Shown one piece after another: positions 36,783 through 48,904 of a stretch of DNA of 64,000 nucleotides. Origin of the DNA: Octopus bimaculoides (Eukaryota); assembly GCF_001194135.2 (NCBI RefSeq), contig NC_068987.1:49940273-50004272 (forward strand), given 5' to 3'. The translations under genes and the position numbers were made by a program. Position 1 is the stretch's first letter; the number at the start of each line of letters is the position of its first letter. Below the pieces are notes generated by a model. It searched no databases. It was not told the DNA's origin and was given only the letters and a program-made list of their open reading frames with translations.

Positions 36783-39459
36783 AGAGAGAGGGGGGAAGAG
36801 AGAACATTGGAGATTTGGTTCTGAAATTATTTAATTAATAATTACTCAGTAAATAATTTTAGAAGCAGCTCTCCAATGTTGTTTTTTTTCCTATATATAC
36901 TCTGTGATCTTTGTAACTGTGGAGACCAGTAGAAGGAATGGTGAACAATATGTATGTGTGTGTGCGTAAGTGTGTGTGTTTTTTTTTATTGATTTCTGAG
37001 GAAGTTTTTCTTATCTCACAAATATGACAACAAACCTAAACCAAAACATACATCAGCGAAACAATACAGAGATAAACTCAAGCATTAGATAACTTCTATG
37101 TTGCCTCGTTTATTTGTGATAAACATATATACAAGTGTACTACTGTTGCTGTGTGTAGCTGAACTTCATTTGTTCATATGTTTGGCTTAACTACTCCAAT
37201 CAATACTCAAGTTTTATTCTTTTATTCTTTTACTTGTTTCAGTAATTTGACTGCCGCCTGCTGGAGCACTGCTTTAAAGGATTTTAGTCAAAGAAATCGA
37301 CCCCAGGATTTATTCTTTGTAAGCCTGGTACTTATTCTGTGGTCCTTTTTGCCAAACTGCTAAGTTATGAGGACATAAACACACCAGCATCAATTGTCAA
37401 GAGATTGTAGGGGGACTAACACAGATTCACACACATAAATATACATACATACATTCATACACATATACATACATACATGCATACATATATATATGTATGT
37501 GTGTGTGTGTATGTGTGTGAGTCAAGAGACCATAAGTCAGGGAAAAGGCGCACTCGTATATCTGTCAGTAGAGTGGGTATATTCTCCAAAATGTATAGTA
37601 TTAAATATCCATCTTACCAATCGGTTTCCTGTAAAGAATACAATGGAGTGTTAGGTAACAAACCGATTATATAACTATACGCTCATCAGAGTTAGCCGAT
37701 ATGGAAGGGAATATGGTTACTGCTCTCTACTGTTGGAGGTGGATTAACACAACCAGAGAGTGGCTGCTGTGAAAAAGGTCATCACGAAAAAGGGTCAGGG
37801 GAGGAAGTACATTCTCTTGTACCTGTGCACCCCACCATGACTGCAACCACATGTCCTCCTGCCTAGACCTTATGCAGACAACCTTTCACCAATGCCCTTG
37901 AGCCCAGCAAAAAGAGTTTGACCAAAGCACATACCAATGCACCAATGTACACACATGCATATCCCTATAAAGCAGACACCCCACAAAATAAACTGTCTTC
38001 CTCCCCAGTACATAACCCTTCACACAGATTGTACCCCACATATACACAACCTCCCCCCCACACACACATTACACACTGCATGCTAACATAAACCACCTCC
38101 TTGACTTTATCTTTATAGAAAGAAAATAGACCAACGAACACAGCTATATATATCTGCAACCCTGGATTATACATATGACACTGCTACACATACCCCCCCC
38201 CCCCATTAATAAAACACACTTTCCCTACTTCATAATAACTCGTGCCAGCTTCACAGCATACCCAACCAAGAGAGATAACTCCTAACCTAAACTCCTGGCC
38301 CATTTTCGTTTTATCACCTCTTTCACAGTAGCCGCTGACCAGTCGTGCTAATCCACCCCCGACAAAAGAGGGCAGTCATCATATTCCCTTCCTAGTTTCT
38401 GTCTACCAAATCCACTCACAAGGCTTTGGTCAGCACAAGGCAATAGTAAAAGACACTTTCCCAAGGTGCCATGCATCGGGACTGAACCCGGAACCATGTG
38501 ATTAGGAAGCAAGCTTCTTACCTCACAGTCTGTCCTCTCTGAAAATGGCACCCACTGTTGCTTTTAGAACAAATTCATCATCATCATTTTCATAACCACC
38601 ACCACCACCACCACCATCATCGTCGTAAGGGAGTTTCTACATGGTCACTTGTATAGCTAGTAATAACTGTCAAATCTCACTCTTCCTCAAATCAGAAACT
38701 ACTGTTTTGAGAAAAAGAAAAGAAAAAAGGAATGACACACTGAATAATGTTGTATTAGATATGGTATACTGAGCTAAGAAAAAAAAATAGTTATATTGTC
38801 ATATCTGGAATGCTTTTGATCAAAGGTCTGCTCAGTCAGATCTGACCTGGTGCTAAACAACAACAGCAGCAACAACATCATACAACTTAACATTATACTC
38901 AACATCATTACTAAGAATAGGAAAATGGTTCTTGTTCGTGGTTGATTATTCCACAGACACATGTACCTCTAATGTAATTCAGGCAAAATCTATGTGATAA
39001 GGCTGTCACTTTTGAATTACATGCATAATCTACTAATGGGCTTCTCTACAGATTCCATTTTCTCAATCTCACTCAAAAGGTAAGCCAAAAACACAGACCT
39101 TAAAAGGAATAAACAAGGGGCCTAGATTTACTAGAAATAACAGCTAAATTTCCCTGAACTCACACCTTAATATGTTAAATGAGGACATTCTAGATCATTG
39201 TTATTGTCCAGTTGGGCAGCTTGACCTGACCTACAAGTTGAATGACTTATCTGTATGTGTCATGACCACAAACGATAACAATAGGTTGTTCACTGAACTG
39301 GTTGATCCTGGTCATTGACAGTTTGTTGACAGTTCATCCACTCAGCACCTAGTGATATTCACCATTGCTTCAATAAGTTCATCTGACACAATGGTTCTCA
39401 CCCATCATGCTGCATCCCATAATTTCAACACTGCATATGGATGAGGACAGCTGCATCAA

Positions 39460-39912
39460 GAAGTTCCAATCTCTAATTGTGAGAGACATGGAATAAAGTG
39501 GTGAGAATGTAGCTTCAGACATTGAGCCTCACAAAGGGAGTGACCAGGGACTGACATTTATAGTGGTTTGCTGTGCTTCAGAAGAGACACCAAGCTAAGT
39601 AAAATCATGGTTGTCCTTGAAAACAGGCATGTCACTTACAACCTTCTTCAGCTCAGTGATCCTAAACTTGCGGGCTAGTGGGTTCTGGTTCAACATTAAA
39701 AGCACCCATTGCCAGTGCCACGTAAAAGCAGCTCTGCTGGTGCTGTGTTAAAGCACCATTCTGTGAAGTGGTTGGTGTTAGGATGAGCATCGAGCTGAAG
39801 AAACTATGCCGAAATAGATGTGGAGCCCCGGCAGCTTTCCATCTGACCAGCTCCTGTCAAACTGTCCAACCCATGCCAGCATGGAGAATGAATGTTAAAT
39901 GCTGATGATGTT
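39460..39912 (+). mobile_element. RTE LINE extreme 3' end plus 3'UTR
   Basis: TWNKVV..., then the same AAGTGGTTGGTGTTAGG...CCAACCCATGCCAGCATGG...TTAAATG(ATG)n tail as 35286-35489. Confidence 0.7.
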
Positions 39913-40649
39913 ACTCAGTGGTTACTGAGTACTCGGCTGTGTTAAGGATCCACTTGTGATTTGGTCTAGGGTTGGTCATTCCCATATTCATAATTGATCT
40001 CTATTAACATGCTAGTTAACCCACACTGGAACCCTGAAAGGTGCTACTACTCTGGGTCAGAGTAGATCAGGGAACAATAGTGTCTAAGAAGTGGTTTCAC
40101 ACCTCAAAACCCTGGAACTTTCAAACCAAGGCTCCACTGCCAGATGCAGTTTATAGTCATACAAAAACAAAAATCTCACCTTATTGTGTTAAATAAGGAT
40201 ACACTGGAAAACACAGTCCTACATGCTCTAAAAAAAGATAAGATAGCCACAGTTGGAATGCCTAGTCAATCAGGTCTGATCTGGGACAAAATAACAACAA
40301 CAAACCATAAAAAGTGAAGTTAGTGAGTTGAGAAGCAAAAAAAAAAAAATCCTTTGACCATTATTTTTTATTGGCTGAATGGATTCCTCTGAGGGAGATT
40401 TTGCTAAAGGAATTTATCCAACAGTTCAATAGTATTAATCTGCAAGCAACCTCTACTCCCTGTTTTGTTTAACAAGAGTGAAGAGATAAAGAGTTTTGAT
40501 CTGATAAAGTAATATTTTTCTATTCTATGTTTCACTAAGGCTGATGCAATCCAGAACACAAGTAGTAAATAGTTTAGTTGGCAGTTAACACTGTACTTGT
40601 AGTATCCTACACACTTTATTGATCTCTTATGACCCATATGAGTCACTTT

Positions 40650-40960
40650 TCATCATCATCATCACCATCACTACCACTGCCGCTACCGCTGCTGCCACCA
40701 CCACCACCACCACCATCCTTTTCACAATGATGACAATGACCACACCCACCACATCCACCAAAACCACCACCACAACCATGAGGACAATGGCCACAACAAC
40801 CACTTCCATTAAAACGACTGCCACCACCACCATTACCGTCACCACTGCCACCACCAGTATCATTATTATCATTATGACAATGCCAACAACATACATGACA
40901 ATCGTCACCTGCACCACCTTCCTCACCATCATCATTGTGATGTTCTTAATAATCATCATC
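40650..40960. repeat. Degenerate (CAC/CAT/ACA)n trinucleotide low-complexity tract
   Basis: Directly visible; produces spurious Thr-rich and Val-rich ORFs. Confidence 0.9.
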
Positions 40961-41782
40961 ACTATTTTTGTGCTTTTCTTTTCTGTTTTTTTACCCACTA
41001 CTGGTGTGAGTTGACTGTCAGTACAGTATGGTGAAAAAAACCATCCCATAAGGAGCCTTCACTCAGCTTGTGAGAAACAGAGAAAGAGTAGCTAAATCTC
41101 AGCTCATATTACACCTTACTGTCTTGAAAAAATAAAAATAAATAAATAGTGAGCGGATTTGGTAGACGGAAACTGAAAGAAGCCTGTTGTGTGTGTATGT
41201 GTGTGTTTGTCCTACCACAAACTGCTGTCAGTGTGTTTACACCTCTGTAACTTAGCAGTTCAGCAAATGAAACCAATAGAATAAGTATCGGGCCTAAAAG
41301 AAAAAATAATTACTGGGGTTGATTTATTTGACTAAAAGTTCTTCAAGGTAGCGCTCCGGCATGGCTGCAGTCTAGTGATTGAAACAAGTAAAAAATAAAT
41401 ACAATATGTTGGATATTGTAGTTCTAGATACATTGCGTCTAAAAGTAAGTTGAGATGGTCATGGCTAAAATGCTTTTGATCATGGATCTCCTTGATCAAC
41501 AAAGCAGACATCAATATCCCTCGTGTTCCTGTTCATACTGACTTTGAAACCCAGCATCCTGAGTTCTGAAATCATTACAGTTTGCTTGGTCTAATGAGAA
41601 AGATTTGTTCTACAATGTAGGATGGGTGCAAATGTTGTTGTATGGCTAAGAAGTTTACTTTGCAACTATATGGTTTTGGGTTCAGACCTTGAGCAAGTGT
41701 CATCTATTATAGGCTCTGGTCAACCAAAGACTTGTGAATAAGTGGATTTGTTGATAGAAGCTGAAAAGAAACCAAATGCATG

Positions 41783-42157
41783 CTGTGTGGTAAGTAGCTT
41801 GCTAACCAACCACATGGTCCTGGGTTCAGTCCCACTGCATGGCACCTTGGGCAAGTGTCTTCTACTATAGCCTCGGGCCGACCAAAGCCTTCTGAGTGGA
41901 TTTGGTAGACGGAAACTGAAAGAAGCCCGTCGTATATATGTATATATATATGTGTGTGTATTTGTGTTTGTCCCCCTAGCATTGCTTGACAACCGATGCT
42001 GGTGTGTTTATGTCCCCGTCACTTAGCGGTTCGGCAAAAGAGACCGATAGAATAAGTACTAAGCTTACAAAGAATAAGTCCTGGGGTCGATTTGCTCGAC
42101 TAAAGGCGGTGCTCCAGCATGGCCGCAGTCAAATGACTGAAACAAGTAAAAGAGAGT
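41783..42157 (+). mobile_element. SINE family B, near full-length young copy
   Basis: tRNA-like head (GGCTGTGTGGTAAG...GGTTCAGTCCCACTG), internal (TA/TG)n, tail GCTCCAGCATGGCCGCAGTC...GAAACAAGTAAAAGAG. Confidence 0.9.
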
Positions 42158-42158
42158 A

Positions 42159-42199
<41 letters not shown>

Positions 42200-42446
42200 T
42201 AGATAGATATAAACACACAATCATAACATATGTACATGTGAGCATGTGTGTGTCTATTTTTATTGCCATACACAGCAACCCCAACTGCTAACTGTGAACT
42301 ATGAAATAACTTTTTTCAGCTTATGAAACTTGGATATGGGAAAAATTTACAACCTTCTATGTCAATAAATCACTATTGTACCTTCAATGGACTGCTTGAA
42401 GCTTATTGACTTCCTACACCTTGATGTTTGGATCTTACCATTACAT

Positions 42447-42512
<66 letters not shown>

Positions 42513-42523
42513 NNNNNNNNNNT

Positions 42524-42925
42524 TTGACACATTTCAGTCAATTGACTGAAGCCATACTGGAGCACTGCCTTTAATCAAAGAAATCAACCCCAGGACTTAT
42601 TCTTTGTAAGCCTAGTACTTATTTTATCAGTCTCTTTTGCGAAACCACTGAGTTTTGGGAACATAAACACACCAACATTGGTTGTCAAGCAATGCTTGGG
42701 GGACAAACACAGACACAAAACATGCACACATGAATATACATATATATAAACATATATATGTATACGCACAATGGGCTTCTTTCAGTTTCTGCCTACCAAA
42801 TCCACTCACAAGGCTTTGGTTGGCCCAAGGCTATAGTTGAAGATAAGTGCCCAAGGTGCCATGCAGTGGGACTGAACCCGGAAGCATCTAGCTGGGAAGC
42901 AAGCTTCTTACCACACAGCCATGTC
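42524..42925 (-). mobile_element. SINE family B copy
   Basis: Reverse complement of 41783-42157. Confidence 0.9.
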
Positions 42926-43160
42926 TATACCTAAAAAGATCATGTACATTGGCTAGGAATTGAACTTGGGCTGTCCACATAGCAGGTGAGCATTCTACCA
43001 TTGAACCACTGATGCTTATATGTAGTTGATGGGCAGCTGTCAACATTTTCTATCATAAAGGATTTTTAACTCACTATTTACATAGTTATATTTATAGCTT
43101 TATATGTGCTTCAAGACCCAATTCCCAAAAAGAATTATATATAATATATATATATATATA

Positions 43161-43647
43161 GGCGTTGGAGTGGGTGTGTGGTAAGTAGCTTGCTTACAAA
43201 CCACATGGTTCTGGGTTCAGTCCCATTGCATAGCACCTCGGGCAAGTGTCTTCTACTATAGCCTTGGGCCGACCAAAGCCTTGTGAGTGGATTTGGTAGA
43301 CGGAAACTGAAAGAAGCCCGTTGTATATATGTATGTGTGTGTGTGTATATGTTTGTGTGTCTGTGTTTGTCTCCCCCACCAACATTNNNNNNNNNNTGAA
43401 AGAAGCCCGTTGTATATATGTATGTGTGTGTGTGTATATGTTTGTGTGTCTGTGTTTGTCTCCCCCCCCCCAACATTGCTTGACAACTGATGCTGGTGTT
43501 TACATCCCCATAACTTAGCGGTTTGGCAAAAGAGACCGATAGAATAAGTACTAGGCTTACAAAGAATAAGTCCTGGGGTCGATTTGCTCGACTAAAGGCG
43601 GTGCTCCAGCATGGCCACAGTCAAATAACTGAATCAAGTAAAAGAGC
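43161..43647 (+). mobile_element. SINE family B copy (contains an assembly duplication around a 10-N gap)
   Basis: Near-identical to 41783-42157. Other copies or fragments at about 31215-31690, 31945-32080, 33290-33440, 36320-36722, 37210-37440, 38380-38520, 41140-41395, 43965-44120 and 59980-60125. Confidence 0.9.
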
Positions 43648-45082
43648 ATATAAGGAACTTTTTGTATACACTGATCAGGTACACTACAATTCATCAGGAA
43701 AGGAAAAAAGAAGGTACAGAAAACAGCAATAAGCTACATACGGTGAGGCAGCATTGATAGCCAAACGTGCATATATAGTGCACAGAATGAAACGTCAGAA
43801 AGCAGAAAAATGAACAATAAGCCCAACAAGTTGATTCAGGTTTAGTGTCACAACAACAATTGTCTTCTTTCTTATTGGCAACATAAAAGAACTTCAGTTA
43901 CAGCCAATTCTCATGCTTAACAATATAGGCATATCACACATACACACACACTCACAAACATATATGATGAGCTTCTTTCAGTTTCCATTTACCAAATCCA
44001 TCCATAATGTTCTGGTCAACTTGGGATTATAGTACAAAAAACACTTGCCCAAGATGCCATGTTGTGGCATTGAACTCAAAACCATGTGACTGGGAAGCAA
44101 ACTTCTTAAACACAGCCATGGTTGCCCAAAGAACAAAAATACCCAAAATTTATTGTTTACAACAGTGCTTCTCAAACTATTTTAACAGCTGTCCTCCCAT
44201 TTTTTTTACTCATACTTTTTCAGTCCCCACCCTGTATCTTGCAACAATTCAGAAGATCCAAATAGATCACAGATACATAAGCATACATTTGCACACAAAC
44301 CAAGACGTTACCTAACGTTACAGGTGCAGTGGATGTCTTTATTGCATGTAGAAAGTACATATAAATTTTGACAATGTCTTTTAAATTATATTTTCGTTCA
44401 TTGTTTATAATTTACATGCTCAAGTAGTATACATCCAGCTTTGTTTATTTACTTAATCACTTTTCGAAACTTATTTTTATGACTGATGTCATTATCTTAT
44501 TGTGGCTAAGAATAATTTTTCAGTTAAATACATGACAAAAACTATAAAAAAATTAAAAAAAGGCTGTACAACTGCATTTGTCACCTTCCGTTTTCCCACA
44601 TTGTTTCCAGTACATTTCTGCCAATCCCCCATCCCTATTAATCCAGTCATTTAATAATATTCAAGGGAAATCGAAGAGCAAAACCAAAATTCACAATCAA
44701 AAGAAGCGATCAGACGCTGTTGGTATTTCGTACTTTCAGAATTAGCCATCGTTTTATTTTTCCGTACTGTGCCATGTGACTGGATGCATGCTTAGCAGAA
44801 GGCAAGAGATAGTAGCTGGGAAAAGTGTGCAGGAGGTTGTGTTGCTTGCTTGTTTTTGCTGTTAAAACTTTTGGACGACTGATACAAATAATTTTTTTAA
44901 AATCCCAATGAGTAAAAATTTTATTTTTAATTTATAAATATTTAAAAATAAACCAATCTATTTATATACATATGTGTATATGAATATTATATGTTTGAAA
45001 TTTAATGCAGAGACATTTATTATAAACAAAATTGTGCGATAGTTAAGCCTTCTTGCACAGAACAGTTGCATACAATCTGAAA

Positions 45083-45227
45083 ATGTCCGGAGACAACAAA
45101 AGCACTATGTATGCTCACAAGACCAGGGATATTCCTGCAAAAAGGATTCTAATAAACGACCCGACTCAAATGCCTATGGACTACAGTACAACCCCTGGGG
45201 GTTCGATTTTCTCCACCACTCCTGGAG
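45083..45227 (+). CDS. EIF4EBP: eIF4E-binding protein (4E-BP), first coding exon (MSGDNK...MPMDYSTTPGGSIFSTTPG-G)
   Basis: YSTTPGG..FSTTPGG phospho-site motif diagnostic of 4E-BPs; ends at G|gtaag (phase 1), as I recall for vertebrate exon 1; possible 5'UTR acceptor cttcttgcacag ending at 45060. Confidence 0.93.
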
Positions 45228-47031
45228 GTAAGAACGAATTGCATATGTATATTTTGCAATGTATTATTATAATCTATTTTCACCCATCTCTCTGTTAAAT
45301 AAATTCGATGCATTATGCAATATCCATTGAATGTTGTTTATTTACATGAGACGAGGAGGCCCCGTGCGCCTTGGTCTGTCTTCCAAAATGGCGGCTATCA
45401 ATGTCGAGCACGTGATAGTGTTTAGGGGGGACTTCTGTTGTCTGAATTAAGAAGAGAAACGTAAATCTTAATTATCCTTAATTTCATTTTCCATGTGAAA
45501 ATGTTCATCGCGATCACTTTTTCCCGCCCCGTCCTGCGATCTATACACATTAGTAAATCCGATAATTAAACCAATGCTTTAATCTACTCAAATTCCTTCT
45601 CGTAACATTTTAAGACTTGCTGAACAATATTATGGTCCTATAGAAGTTTGTGCAAGCAAGAAGTTGAAATTTTGTAACACCAGATTTTATACATTAAATA
45701 CTTTGAAATGTAATATTTTGGTATGTAAATACGATTGAGTTTCTTTTTCCTCTTTTATATATAATATGAAATTAAAATAACGTATGCAAGGGAAACTCCA
45801 TGTGGTTATGTTGGCGAGGATTACATCTGGTGTTTCTAAAATATTTCCTAAACATATTCAGGGCCCTCATTGCTTCCGATTTCATTCCGTCTGAAAAGAA
45901 GGCACTATTTATTACTTAATAAATCTGATGTTTATTAATTGTTCACTGATTATGTTTTTCATTTTAAAGTTTTATCTTCAATGTGTTTAAATACTGGATT
46001 GCACGTGTTTTATGAATAACATAATAATATATTAATAGTCACTGTTTTAATTCAATTAGGAGATTGTAAAAGTGAATGAGTAATATACAAAAACGAAATA
46101 AACATAGAGCAGAGAAAGTACCATTTCAACTGAAATGAGATTTTCTTCTGAAAAGAATATCAACATTCAAATGGACACGTATCTATGTTTTTATTTCTCG
46201 TAGTATAACACAATCGACGGTCGTTAAAAAAGAAAAAAATAGTGTAACTTTTATTGAATAAGATGTGTTGCATTATCTCCTGTTTACAACACCGTTTGAG
46301 TGAGTAGCTGTCATAATTTAAAAGTTCTTAGTAACTTTAGACAAGACCTAGCTAAAATAAACACTCGTGGTACGACCTAAGTACATCACCAAAAACACTG
46401 ATATTAGGTAGATTTAATGGACTCCGATATAACTGGGAATTTAAACAGTAAAAAAATCATTTCCCCAGCAATATTTGAAAACCTTGGGTTTATATTATGT
46501 CTGACACTAATATTTATTTTTTACACGCTCCATGTGTGGTGATAGGAGAGGTTGTTGACAAGTTTCTTTTTCGGTTATTGTAAACAAGATCTACTTTCAA
46601 ATGCACTTTTAAACAACTGGGTCGTCATTCTTTAGGCTAAAACAAACACCTACGATTTTTTTCTCTTTTGTTTATTTCAACTCCGAGTTCATATCCCCAC
46701 TGAAATCAACTTCGCCTTTTACCCTCCAGGGGTCGATAAAATAAGGCACTATTGAAGAACTTGGATCGATTAAAGCGACTAAATTCTATCACCAATTTTG
46801 TGGCCGTGTTCCAATTTTAGAAATATTTTTTACTTGCTTAGTATGTAATTTTCATTTGATAAGGTAACTATCTTCTGTTTCTTTTCGCCTCTTCCTCTCT
46901 CTGCGACTTGTGAAAGAGATCTTGTTAGGAATGCATCTTCATCTTGGTGTGCCACTGTCACTAGCAATTCAGTGCCTCGTGGGTGAGGGAGCCTATCGTC
47001 ACCGAGACGGGCTTGTAAGGATTGAAAAGGG

Positions 47032-47238
47032 GGTACTACTAAAGCAGCGCGGACCCGAACGCGCAGTCGCGCGTCCGCGCTAACTAATCGTGAGTGGTCG
47101 ATCCTAACCCTAACCCTAAACACGTATTCATTTGCACACGCGGGTTAGGGACAGGGTTAGGGTTAGGATCGACCACTCAAGACTAGCTAGCGCGGACGCG
47201 CGACTGCGCGTTCGGGTCCGCGCTGCTTTAGTAGTTCC
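47032..47238. mobile_element. Foldback MITE with 86-bp TIRs bearing telomeric repeats, 8-bp TSD
   Basis: TSD GAAAAGGG at 47024-47031 and 47239-47246; arms 47032-47117 and 47153-47238 differ at 4 positions. Confidence 0.9.
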
Positions 47239-48743
47239 GAAAAGGGTGTCTTTAAACGTTTAATATTTGTCCAGAACCATGTGTGAAGGAAGTTTCACTA
47301 ATATTTCTTTTGGGTGGAGTTTGCTGTTTAGAACCAGTGACTAAGTTGGTTGGATCCACATCCCTTAGTTATTTCCTCCCACCTTGTTATCCTCATGAGA
47401 TTTAAGCCCCGAAGAAACTCCCGTCCCGCTTGTTTTTATTACACTGTATCTAGGACTCTATTATCCAATGTATTTTTCTTTTATGAAACGATAGGGTGTG
47501 ATTGTGAAAATGGATTGTAAGAGATTTGGCTGCTATTTCTTGAAGGCGAAGTTACCGACCGTTGGTTCCATTTCAGTTTCTCATTGATATTTTTCTCCCA
47601 GATGTTTGGGTAGTTTTTAGAAATAGTCAAACATTTGAGTTTGAGTTAAACTCTAGTACATTCACATTTGACAAATTTCTGATCAAAAGTATCCCAGCCG
47701 TAATTAGCCTATCGTTTGGTTTTCTTTAACAGCTTTAACAGTTTGATTTCAATAAGATTTGACTGCACTTTCTAGCTTGCGAAGCGACTATCTACATGCC
47801 TTTTCTTTAGCTGAGCAGAAGAAAAAAAAATTGAGTGGGTAATGCCAGTGTTGGAAAAAATAATTATAGTTGATTGCATTCGACTGAATTAATTACTTGA
47901 CTGAGATTGAAAATTCTGTAAGGACAGATCCGGTAAGATATGAAATCAAAGTAGTAACGAAAAGAATAAATTACAACCTTTATAGAATAAAGGTTGTCTT
48001 CTTACTAGCATCTCCAATACCTCTGACCATGTGAAAATTTCCTATTTTATGAATCTTATTTTTATTTTGATTTATAAGGTTTATAAGAACTTCATAATAT
48101 AGAGTCTGTCTCTTAAAGTTCCGAATGTCTTCGATTCTTTCCTGAGTTAATATTATATGAGAACATAATATTGGTTTCAGGGTTAAGTAGATTACATTGA
48201 GAATTAATCTCATTGCCATGCTCTCAAAATGTAGTTGTATATTTAAAATAATTCTTTTTAATTTTGGGACATTTATTTATCTAGAGAGCAGGAGTAAGTC
48301 GATTACTTATTTTATCAGTTCCGAAAGGATGAAAAGCAACGTCGATCTAGGCGGACGAAATTCCGCTAAGCTTTTTAGCCTGGGGCACTAATGATTCTGC
48401 CAGCTCGCCACCTTAAGTGAGAAGATAATATTAGAAGTTATTTCGGTGGACATTGGAATTAGACACTGAGGGAAAATGGCTGTAACTTTTTTAATTTTGA
48501 CGATTTTGGACCCCCACACCGGTGTGTGTGTGTGATTTTTAAAATTTTATTTTGGCGATTTTCATTTTTGACATTGTGTTCTACATGTCCAGGTCGTACG
48601 AATAGCCTTCTCGCAACTTAGATGTGAAAATGAACGGCTTACATTTATATTGAAACAGAAAAAGGATCATATGTGAAGTCCCCACCACGAAACTTGATAT
48701 GCTAGAAATAACAGCTAAACGCGGACAATCCAAATCTTGCATT

Positions 48744-48904
48744 GGTCCAGATGGACTATATGTAAATAAATATGAAGGAAAAAATGCGCTTTGGCAAACG
48801 GGGTTAGGGTTAGGTTTTGAGTTGGCTGTTATTTCTAGCATGTAAATAACCTGCTTGGTGAGGGGGGGGGGGAAGGTTCAGATTACATATAGTCCATCTG
48901 GACC
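48744..48904. mobile_element. Small TIR element (perfect 22-bp TIRs) with an internal GGGTTAGGGTTAGG
   Basis: GGTCCAGATGGACTATATGTAA at 48744-48765 and its reverse complement at 48883-48904; no TSD evident. Confidence 0.65.

Noticed and set aside
40619-41049. Thr-rich and Val-rich ORFs resembling mucin or membrane proteins
   Set aside because: Translations of a degenerate trinucleotide microsatellite; no splice or homology support.
41783-41860. tRNA genes at SINE heads
   Set aside because: A/B-box-like sequence is present, but I could not form a full cloverleaf and each continues into SINE body.
45388-45450. Nested gene starting at ATGGCGGCT in a good Kozak/YY1 context
   Set aside because: The frame closes after about 18 codons with no convincing donor.
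46830-47123. 97-aa minus-strand ORF (MFRVRVRIDHS...)
   Set aside because: Starts within the telomeric repeats of the MITE arm; no recognisable homology.
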